The notes below the pieces were generated by a model. That model saw only the letters and a list, made by a program, of their open reading frames with translations, had not been told where the DNA came from and searched no databases. Both the position numbers and the translations under genes were made by a program. Of a DNA stretch of 64,000 bases, positions 10,739 to 22,700 are shown piece after piece (the first letter of the stretch is position 1; every line of letters begins with the position of its first letter). Origin of the DNA: Antedon mediterranea (lineage: Eukaryota; Animalia; Echinodermata); the NCBI RefSeq assembly GCF_964355755.1, contig NC_092677.1:1696101-1760100 (forward strand), in the 5' to 3' direction.

Positions 10739-13700
10739 TTAATTACTAAAATCTGATGAAAAAACATAACTATCACTTCCAGAGGAGCTATCATCAGAAC
10801 TGTCAGTGATCGGCTGACAGTTCGATGAATATTCATTAGCAATTGACCAATCATCAAAATCATCACTACTAGATGATGAATATTCATCACTAACTGGCGA
10901 ATCACAATGCTTGTTATTGTGATTATTGATGTTATTGCAGCAATTGTTCTCCTGAATGGCTGGTTGTTCATCAAAGTGAACAGTCCTTTTATTTTGGCTT
11001 GGTGATCCGCCAGGCTCGTGTAATTCCGTCTCCACCATGACGTTATCAATCCCGACAACATCTGACGTTTTCTTTGCTTGTTTCTTTTCTTTTCGTAATG
11101 AGCTTTTCGTTGATTTCTTGCTCTCCTTTGTATTGCTTTGAACCTCGTTGCCTCGCACTTCGTTAAGTTCGACGGTTTCGTTTGTGACCGTTTTCGGATC
11201 AAATACTGGGTTCGTGTGTCGGTGTAGACTATGTTGATGTTTCACCAAAATGCGAGTATCTTCACGCAATGCTGTAATTCCTGCAAAATAACAATACTTT
11301 TCAATATTCATGAATTCAAGATGGCTTGTGGGAACATCAGATTTCAACGTAATGGTAAATGATATTTAATGTATTTTGTATATGTCAGAAATGACACACC
11401 AGACTACAAATGGAATTTTTATTTCATCAAATGCCATACAAATATTAAATGCAACACATAAAATGGGAACCAACTTGGAAGTAAACTTGTCTCAGTTGGC
11501 CCTTTAACATGGTAACAAAAAATAACAAGCGAGAACATGAAGCTTTAGTAATAATATATAATAAAAATGAAATGTTTTTTAATATTTAAGTAAAAGATAT
11601 TTCTTTAATTCTTTCTTAAATTGAACAAAATGTTTGATTTCTTTGATATTAATAGGAAGCTTGTTCCTTGGCGGTTTACAAACAAGATTTTGATGATGAA
11701 GAAGACATTGAATACAAATGATGCGGCTAATGCTATCTTACCTGTCGCAAAGCATGACTGCTTTTTTCTCTGGTAGAAATAAAAAAATCCAATGACAATG
11801 AGACAAAGGAAAAGGCAAAGAACTGAACCTAAAATAATAATGCTTTTTGCGTTGTTCTTGAAGTGACCACTTGCATCTAGAAGTAATAACACAAATAAAT
11901 TATTATTTATTTATTTACATACAAATATGATGTAAATACATCATACCAGTTCTAATGTCAAGTTTTGATTTCTTTTTCGTTTTTTAATTTCAGAAATAGA
12001 ACTTGTACTAGGCCTATATTATGTTTTATGTATCAGAGTGGGTAAATGTACAGCGCCCTCGATGCTTACCTTGTTGTTCTCTTAACGTTACAAATTGATG
12101 AGTACTGATGACACCGTTGCCAAGCTTATTACTGGCCCAGATGTTAAGTTCATACTTAGAAATTGGTTCCAGGTTAGTTATCTTGTAAGTGTGCTGAAAT
12201 TCAATTTTAAATTGATAACCAAAATACTGAATGGCTTTGTTTTTGTGATTCACATTTTAAGGATTTTATTTCATTTAATTCAACTAGGAGATGAAAGCCG
12301 TCATCTACAAGACAGCCCATCAGTTGATAATGAGGTACAAGAGCATATATTATATAATTCCCATATTTTGTTAAGAGAATAAAAAACAAATGCAAGTAGT
12401 TAAGAACCTGTTTACCAAAACTTTACTATGATATGTAACCTAGTAAAGATTCTAACCTGTTTACCAAAGCTTTACTATGTAACCTAGTAAAGATTCTAAC
12501 CAGTTTACCAAAGCTTATACTATGATATGTAACCTAGTAAAGATTCTAACCTGTTTACCAAAGCTTTACTATGTAAACTAGTAAAGATTCTAACCAGTTT
12601 ACCAAAGCTTTACTATGACATGTAACCTAGTAAGGACTCTAACCTGTTTACCAAAGCTTTATGACTTGTAAACTAGTAAAGATTCTAACCAGTTTACCAA
12701 AGTTTATACTATGATATGTAACCTAGTAAAGATTTTAACATGTTTACCAAAGCTTTACTATGTAACCTAGTAAATATTCTAACCGGTTTACCAGAGCTTT
12801 ACTATGACATGTAACCTAGTAAAGATTCTAACTGGTTTACCAAAGCTTTACTATGACATGTAACCTAGTCAAGATTCTAACCTGTTTACTAAAGCTTTAC
12901 TATGACATGTAACCTAGTAAAAGATTCTAACCTTTTGAGAACTAGAGACATCCCTCAATATTCTCCATCCTCCTGCCTTCACTTTTCGGTATTCAAGGTT
13001 TACGCTTACAACATTATATCCACCATTGTTCTTCACTTGCCAAAATACATCAGCCTCCATGTGACCAGGTGTTATAGTGACATTTAAAATACCAGGTGGT
13101 GCTTTAAAAAAGAATTATTAATTTGATAATACCAAAAACTAAACAAAATATCATAATCTACAGTTGTTTACAACAATTTTGTTGAAGATCAGTGATGTGC
13201 AGTTTTTTTCACTTTGTCTACATAACATTCTAATGAATTCCAATCTATAGTGACCATACAGTAAATGAAAATGCATGATTATTCCACAATCAATTTTATT
13301 TCTGAACTTACTTCGTACATGTACTCTGCATTCTCTAGTCCCCTGACTCTCTTTATTAAAGGCAAAACATGAATATATTGCACTGTCTGAGACATGTAGA
13401 TGTGCCAATGTTAACTTGCCGCCATTTATCTACAAAATGGATAAAAACAAGTTTTTAAAAATATTTTAAACATATGATACCCAGGCCCGTAGCCAGGGGG
13501 GGTTTTTATGGTTCGGGCGAACCCCCCCTTTACAGCGAACCCCCTTAACCGACTGCGAACCCCCATCCCCGACATGCCCCACCCTCATCTCCGAAAATCG
13601 TCCAAATACGTGCCCCACAGTACAAAAAGTTGTTCGTAAATTAAAAAATTCGTAAACTCGTACGGAATAACTCATACAGTACCTTCTTCCCTGTATAAGC

Positions 13701-16700
13701 GTACTTCGAGCGATATAGTCTGTAAAGAGTTGCAAATGAATTGCCGATTTTAACCTGAAAAATAAATGTTTTTGGTCCCTGCATGTAACATGATATTGAC
13801 GCGTCTCACAGCGAGCTGGGGGACGAACGATTCGTACAAAGGACACCGCCAGACAACTGCGTACCAATTGTTTAGATCACTGGCAGTCAGGCAGCATGCA
13901 TAAAGTATATAGCCTTCCGACATACATCAGTATTTATGTGTGGCTATGAAGTATAATGTATCATAGAGGATTATAGTGAATATTAATATTTTACACTATA
14001 ATATCTATGGTATCATGTACTGTAGTTCACATTATGGCATCCGATTATTTTTTTCTAGACCACCAGCCGATACGTACTCAAATGTATCAATATCACCTAT
14101 TTACATTGGCATATTTAATTTCCTCAACAAATTGCTGTAAATAAATATTATAGATAGAGCTATAATAAGAATTGCATTTGCCTTCACCCAGTGTGCTTTT
14201 TTTGGGGCTTCTCCTAGACGTACGTTCGCATTGAACTTGAACGCAAAACAAAATATCGAGTAAATGATCAAACAATCGGCGGTGCCGCACAGAGCACGCG
14301 CATCTAACATACAGCAACAAATGTTATCGTTTAAATAGTCCACGAGTCAAAGTACGATCGTTTTGCTCATTGGTAGCATGCTGCATGAGAGTGTCTTTTC
14401 CGGCCATCTAGGGGTGTCATTTAACAAAATTTGCTTCGCCTCAGGTCCCACCCCAGGGGGGGGGGGGTTAGGTATGGGGGTGGGGGTGACCCAAATACTT
14501 AGTGTGCGAACCCCCCCTTGACAGATCCTGGCTACGGCCCTGATACCAAATCTAAAATAACCATAAACGGATTCAAAAGTTTGTCAGGAAGTGTTAGGGG
14601 TAGTAACAAAGTGCGAGGCAGCGAGGCACGCGAGGCAGGGAAGGCATGCGAGGCAAGTCAGAAATTTATGCGAGGCATCGTTTTACCATCATCAAAAAAT
14701 GCGAGGCATCATTTTATCATTTCTCAAAATTGCAAGGCAGGAAATCACCGAAATTGAAGTAGCCTAGGCCTAGCTAGGCCCGCTAGGCTAGTTTCCTTTT
14801 GCACCTGCCTTGTATTTTAACCAACTTTATCCTGAATACCACAGCTTAGAATTAGTAGGCCTACTTTAATGAAGAAAAATCACATAAAAGTAACAATAAA
14901 TCCATTAAATTGGTGATTTTACAGACGTTGTTTTTCTCGCATTTCGCACACTCAATGTTCAATATTTTGGTTTCTATGGAACGCCAAAAGAGCAAAATTA
15001 ATTAGAGGGCTAAAAACTCTGTGGAATCAATTTATATTTAACGCATTATTTGGTGAAAATCAAGTACAATTTCAATAGATTTTGTCACTGTCAGTAAGGA
15101 AAAATGTTACTGTTCACCGGTGTACTGTTGATAATGTACACGGTTTCGGTAACCTTTTAAAGAATAAAATAGAAACATTCATCATAATATCCTTAGTAGG
15201 ATGTCCTAGGTCTAGACTAGGTAGTGATGTTGATTTAGGATCGATTATTATTCTTGGAAAACAGAACAGTATCAGCAGTAACATATTACAGCATTTTTAT
15301 TGACAAATTAACAAATATATTGAAATAAAACGTGTTTTTCACCAATAAATGCATGAGAAATTGACGCATTCCGCTGAGTTTTAGTCCTCTATTATCGTTG
15401 CTCTTTTGGCGCTCCATAGAAACAAAAATATTGAACATTGAATAAGTGAAATTCGCGAACAGTGTGCGAGAAACACGCCTGTAAAATCATGAATTTAAGG
15501 ATTTATTTGTTACTTTTTATGTGATTCTTTCATTAAAGTACTCATGAGGTATACTTCTAAGGTGTGGTATTCACACGATAAAGTTAGTTATCAAATTTGG
15601 AGTAAAAATACAAGCGAAGGAAACTAGCGCCAGGTTTATTAGTACGTACATGGACAACAATAAATAAAAATCGTTCGTAATATACCTAGCTTACTAAAAC
15701 AGGAATAGTGTATCATTATTAAATATTACACCAATTATTGTTATATCAAAATTGATTAAATTATCTTCTACATAGGCCTCTTATCTAGGTTAGGGCTAAG
15801 CATATTAGCTAAAGTTTAATTTTAGGCCTAGTATTACAATTGTCGGACGTAAGTCTTTTTTCACACGCGCTCCAGAATTCTGTCGCAATTTTTTTCTTTG
15901 CGGCATGTTATTGGATCGGCATATCAGTTACCTTTTATTCACCGCCAGTTATTGAACTTTTCCTGGCAATCGCTGTTCACCTTATTTGCGAGAGAGGTAC
16001 ACGTGTTGTTCCTAGAGAATGGAATGTCAAAAATGTCTTTGGCACGCCGCTCAGAGAGAAGTCTGTGCGTTGCTGCTGAAACCACGTGCTATAGGAGGGG
16101 AATGCACCACAATCCTCTGAGCTGAGGGCTGAATCATTCCGCTACCTGCTAAATAGTAAAGAGGGATTTTCCATCTCTCGGGTCTACTGGATCTAGGCGC
16201 AGGGGTGTGACCGTGTGACAAAATATTATTTTCACTCTGCTTTGTTCGAGAGACATGTGAGTGAACACGCTCGAAATGCCAACAAACATTGCAGTCATTT
16301 GATGAGTGTGTCGCTATAACAATTATTGTTTATCGAAAGTTGAAGACTGTCGTTCAGATTTTTGAACCGTAGTTTGGGCACTTTTGTAAAAGTAAAATTT
16401 GACACGATATGACTTGAATGAAAAAACAATCGTTACATAAAAATAAACAACATGATGAGTGTATACACGAATCTATTTAGATACGCTTGTATCGATTGAT
16501 TATTAGGCCTATAATATAGCATAATAGCACGTTAAGATATGCCTCGCACCTTTTTGAAATTGTAAACTATATGCCTCGCATGACTCGCACTTTTGGAAAT
16601 GATAAAATGATGCCTCGCACAAATATTTGGCATGCCTCGCATGCCTCGCTGCCTCGCACTTTGTCAACACTCATCGATTGATTATTAGGCCTATAATATA

Positions 16701-19700
16701 GCATAATAGCACGTTAAGATATGCCTCGCACCTTTTTGAAATTGTAAACTATATGCCTCGCATGCCTCGCACTTTTGGAAATGATAAAATGATGCCTCGC
16801 ACAAATATTTGGCATGCCTCGCATGCCTCGCTGCCTCGCACTTTGTCAACACTCAAGTGTTAGCACGTTGCTTGGTTGCATATGCTGTATTTTATTTACC
16901 TTATGTTTGCCAGATTGGGTCATCTGTTGTCCGTCTTTGAGCCAAATTATTTCTGGTGGTGGATCGCCTCTGACCTGACACTCTAAGGTCACTGACCCAT
17001 GATTGTCTTCTTCTACTAGGCGTGGTGGCTCTTTTATGAACACTACAGGATCTGGTGTAAATATAAAATATATAATTTTGCTAATCATAGCTCTGAGTAC
17101 CATTATTGACATTGCTCAAACTGTTTTTTATTTTTTTTTTTTATTAACAACATTCCACAACACAACTAAATACAAAGTTTTTTTAATGTTTTTTTTATAC
17201 ACATCCAACGGCGAGCAACTCGCCAAACAGGATGAATACACTATTTTATAATTGTTTGTGTCTCATTTGAGGCTTATGAGTGCAGTTGAAAGAGTCGTGA
17301 GTTACAACCCTGGCACAAGGTTGGAATTGAACTCTTGACCTTGGGATTGGAAGGACAACATGTTAACCACTGAGCTACAGCTCCACTACAACATATAAAA
17401 AACATTAAATACGTTTGCTTCTTAGACTGTTTTCGTAACCATTCTTTTTTCTACAACTTTAACAATGTAAACACAAATGAATGTAGTTGCCTCTAATGTG
17501 ATTGGTAACAAGTATACAAAACACAATACCCACAACATTACTATTAACTTACCCACAACATTGATGTATGTAGTAGCCTCTAATGTGATTGGTAACCCAA
17601 GTTCTGTGACCTTGCATGTGTAATTACCACGATCTGTCCTTCTTACGCCTCTCAAATGTAATGTACCCTGATCTGCGGATATTGTACATGGTTTTCTTGT
17701 ACTAAATGAACAAGAAAACATCAGTTATTAATACTAGTTCACATTTACAGTGGAAACCCTGTTAAAATAGCATCATCAGGAACCTATAAAATGTTCCTTA
17801 AAGCCTGTTTTCCAGACTTTGAGTTTTGTTGAATTAACCAGATTCAACGATTTTACAGGAAAAGGGGGTTAAACAAAATGCTATAATATTGTTTATTCTC
17901 TTGAACAGGGGTTTGCCATAGTGTTAAAACACATGTTTCCATTGTTTCTTTCACCAAATTTATTTTATTTATTTTTATTTCAACAGTATTTTATGAGGGT
18001 GATCCATCCAGCATAATGGAGGTAAATCTACTTTAGTAGTGGTAGTAATGGAATACATTTTCATATAGACTTGACATGGATGGTGCATTGACTGTTTGAC
18101 AAGGTTGAATAACAAAAAGAGTAAATTAACATTGATGTTTTATGTCGGTGTGATAGGAAGTGTTATTCCTTATTCTATTAAAATCAGGGAAGAGTGACTC
18201 TTCACTGACTATATACCATGATTGATATTTAAATGATTGGAAGTGACGTTTTTATTAGTTTATTAATGAACAAAAAGTTTTTTTTACAGTCTTAAAGTAT
18301 AAAGCTCGACTGTCTACACTATCAAAAAAGTGTGATCTGCCCAAATATGTCAATATGGGCACATCACATTTTTGTCACATAAAGTTTGATAGTGTGGACA
18401 GAGCCTAATAATTCAAAGCAATGAATGATGATGAGTAAATTTTTTAATATTAATTATAATCAATCATTAGTATGTCTATCAACTAAAATCTGTTATGTTG
18501 TTGTTTTGTTATGTGTCATTTTGGACCGATAGTCTCCATATCAACAATTTTGCAATACATGTATAGACAGAAGTCATTGAAGGGAGCCCTAGTTAGTTGG
18601 TTACAATGCAAAAGATAGGACATTAGTAGTATTTAGGTTTAAGGTTAATTTGTTTCATGGTTTTCACAAGTGCCTTGAGCAATTTTGTGGATATGTGCGC
18701 TGTATAAATCTTATTATTATTATTAGTTGATAATTTTACAATGGGCGCGTCACTGGAAGGCAATAATTTGTGATTTTGTTAATTTGTTAGCATTCAACCT
18801 ATTAGTTTCAATACTTAACTATTTAACATGGCCGATATAAGTCTCACAGTGTTGAATCTTATGTGTTCCCAGGTACCATCCAATTCTCATTACATTGGTA
18901 TTGCCTTCTACTTGACATAATATATCTTGTGTACTTCCAACTAGTACGGTTACATGCTCTGGTGGTTGCTGGCTGAACTTTAACCCTACAATGTTTAATT
19001 AAATCAAGTCAAAAATTGGTTATTATCATCAAAACAAAAAAACAATAGATGAAAAGGAAACCCATAAAAAATCAAAGTGACGAGCTTGATAAATTGTTTC
19101 CCAAATTACTAAAACTTCTACTTATGTTTTTATATAAATAAATAGGAAAAGTATTAGTAGAGGATCTTATTCGCTGGGGTGTTCATTAAAAACTGTAGGT
19201 GTTAAAACATAAATGTGCCTTGTTCGTTCACCAAAGAGGGTTTTAAAATTTACTGTGTGATAGAAATATGATAGATTGATAATAGTATTAACAATTATAA
19301 ATGGCTTATGTGTACAAAATAGCAAGTAAAACCTTGTCCACACTATCAAACTTTATGTGAAATGTGATGTGCCCATATATGAACATGATTATGTTATATC
19401 ATTACCATATTTGGGCATACAGCATCACACTGTTTTCTCAAATTAGTTTGATAGTGTAGACAAAACTTACGTTTTAAAATATACGCACTGTATATGAAAT
19501 AAAAAATAGTTTTAGAATATGTTCTACAGTACCTTCAACTATGAGCAATGTGGTGGCGCTCTTTGCCATTCCTGCGACATTTGTGGCCATGCATGAGTAG
19601 GTTCCGTGATCATATGGAAAAGATCTTGGGATGACCAGATCCCCTCCATTTCGCCCCCACTGGTAGTGTTTACCAAAGACAACTTCCTACATAAATATAA

Positions 19701-22700
19701 ACAATTGTATGAATTAACAACCATAGACAACGACTAGAGTAAACTCCAACAAAATCACAGCTTCAAAAACATTCCACTATGGAGAGGAACCATCCTCACA
19801 TCGACCAATCACATGGCAGTTTGAAGCTGTGTCCACTGCTCAGTCATGCATCACTACAAACGCATTGCAGCGTGTTGAGGGTATCAATCAGAGCAACAAT
19901 TTTACCCTGGTGGCATCAATTCATTATTGCCTTTCAGTTTTATAGTTATCTATCTAGTTGTTTAATAGTACTGTAGCTCTATGGATATACTGTAAATAAA
20001 CTCCTAGATTTGATGGCAACCCGGTTAGATAAAGAAACAACTTTGCGCTGATTACTAGTTGCATTATGGGAGTAAGTTTCCATACATGTTTGATCCAAAA
20101 AAATGACCGGGGCAATAATGTTCAGCGCTTAGAGGTTTCACAACATTAGGCGCTATATAAATCCAGGATATTATTATTAAGTACTCATTGTTCGTAGATC
20201 TTTAAACTTATATTGTATAACAAATAGGCCTACCTGTTGATCATGATACCAGCTGTAAGTAGGTTGAGGCATACCAGTGGCTTTACAGGCTAGCGTCACA
20301 GGCATTCCCACCTTGATAGACTTTTCACGAACATGCATAGAAACAATAGTAGGTGGTACTGTAGAAACAAGTATAACAATTTAAGTTAGCATGCAGTTAC
20401 TTTTAAAGTAAGTAGCATAAAGTAGCATAACCCATTTACGTAAGTGAAATTACCCATTTTTTCCCACTACCCTTGCCACAAAAATCACCCTAGCCAATGT
20501 CCTTTTCTGTGAAAATTACTTCATGATAAAACAATAACAATAAACAACAATGTTTATTAATTTGTTTTGAAGTCTTCTTTACTTTCATTTCATTAAGTAT
20601 ACATCATGATGAAATTCAGTGGCACAATGAGCTTAGAGTCCCCTGAGCAGGACCAAGAGGTGAAATAAGATATTAAATTAAGTCGGAAAAAAGGCTAAAA
20701 AGCCCAAGGCCTCCAGCGTTGGATGGTCACTTAGGGTTCCTAAACCAGGGGCCACTGTGTTTACGGCACTAATGACATCATAAGTAGATTTAAATCAAAT
20801 GCATTTAGTTCATATTTACTTGCTACTGTGGCTTTAAATGTGTATGATAAAGGGGTAGCTTGATCTTGTACTGCCATACAACGATAGGTGCCTGCATCAG
20901 CCATCGTAACCCCTCTGAATGCCAACACAGCCCAGGCATTCTGTTTAGATTGTCCAGTCAGTATTGAGTACCTAGCACCTCTACTCATCTGTGCATTACC
21001 CTAGAGGAAATAAACATAAATGCTATTGTTAAGCTGTCCACACTATTAACCTTGATGTGACAAATGTGATGTGCCCATATATGGACACAATGACATCATA
21101 TCACCACAAAATTTGGGCACATCACACTTAATTTTGTCAAATTATTTTGATAGTGTGTACAGAGCTTTAAGATCTGTCTACACTATCAAACTTTATGTGA
21201 CAAAAAAAGTGTGATGTGCCTATATATGGTGGTAATATGACATCATCATGTCCATATATGCCCACATCAAATTTTTTTTGTCACATACAGTTTGATAGTG
21301 TAGACAGAGCGTTCAATTTCTCTGCTGTCGTACGTAGGAGTATACAAAATCTATTTTTAACTCTGTTGCACATTTCCTTGGCTGTCCCTTGCGATCATTT
21401 CTAGCTAGAAGGAACAGCCTCGTTAGAGATGGTTGAAATAATTAAATAAATAGTGACAAATATATTAAAATGAACCTTGTGAGCTCAAGGATGAATAATG
21501 AATAATCTAAAGAAAGAAAATGCGGACAGAAAGGAATGACTTATATTGAATAATAATCAAAGGTAGTACCTTATACCAGGTGACGATAGGCGGGGGATAT
21601 CCTGTGAAGTTACACACTAGTCTCTGATTACTGTCTTGCGTTAAACTGTACGGGTTGCTGGGCACCTCAGCAATTGATAAAGTAACTTAAGAACAAGATT
21701 AAAAGTATGATTGATTAACCACAGTAGAATCCAAGGTAACAGTCTCCCTGACCCAACAAGGTTGGACAGTGGTATGAATATTTACCCCTGACCCAACAAG
21801 GTTGGACAGTGGTATGAATATTTACCCCTGACCCAACAAGGTTGGACAGTGGTATGAATATTTACCCCTGACCCAACAAGGTTGGACAGTGGTATGAATA
21901 TTTACCCCTGACCCAACAAGGTTGGACAGTGGTATGAATATTTACCCCTGACCCAACAAGGTTGGACAGTGGTATGAATATTTACCCCTGACCCAACAAG
22001 GTTGGACAGTGGTATGGATATTTACCCCTGACCCAACAAGGTTGGACAGTGGTATGAATATTTACCCCTGACCCAACAAGGTTGGACAGTGGTATGGATA
22101 TTTACCCCTGACCCAACAAGGTTGGACAGTGGTATGAATATTTACCCCTGACCCAACAAGGTTGGACAGTGGTATGAATATTTACCCCTGACCCAACAAG
22201 GTTGGACAGTGGTATGAATATTTACCCCTGACCCAACAAGGTTGGACAGTGGTATGAATATTTACCCCTGACCCAACAAGGTTGGACAGTGGTATGGATA
22301 TTTACCCCTGACCCAACAAGGTTGGACAGTGGTATGGATATTTACCCCTGACCCAACAAGGTTGGACAGTGGTATGGATATTTACCCCTGACCCAACAAG
22401 GTTGGACAGTGGTATGAATATTTACCCCTGACCCAACAAGGTTGGACAGTGGTATGGATATTTACCCCTGACCCAACAAGGTTGGACAGTGGTATGGATA
22501 TTTCCCCTTGTTTTAATAGGGGTGACGTCCCCTGAATAGGTTTGTCATATAATTAGGGATGTCCCCTGAATCAGTGTGCTCTCTGAATAGAATTATCTCA
22601 TTAAGGGTGTCCCCCGAATAGGGTGTACCCCGAATAGGGTGTACTGTCACATTAATAAGAAGGGGTGTCCCCTGAATAGAGGTGTTTTCTAAATAGGGTT

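Noticed and set aside
10705-11202. 165-aa overlapping ORF on the minus strand
   Set aside because: It is an alternative frame of the Ig gene's last exon, and the splice phase selects the 10739 frame.
13466-14757. ORFs inside the 5-bp and 9-bp TSD elements as transposases
   Set aside because: They are short and have no DDE, BED-finger or other recognisable motifs.
17300-17390. tRNA gene
   Set aside because: A and B boxes are visible on the minus strand but I could not build a full cloverleaf, so it is more likely a SINE head.
21746-21790. Hammerhead ribozyme in the satellite unit
   Set aside because: It lacks the CUGANGA and GAAA core on either strand.
21746-22505. CRISPR array
   Set aside because: The units are contiguous with no unique spacers, there are no cas genes, and the context is a eukaryotic intron.
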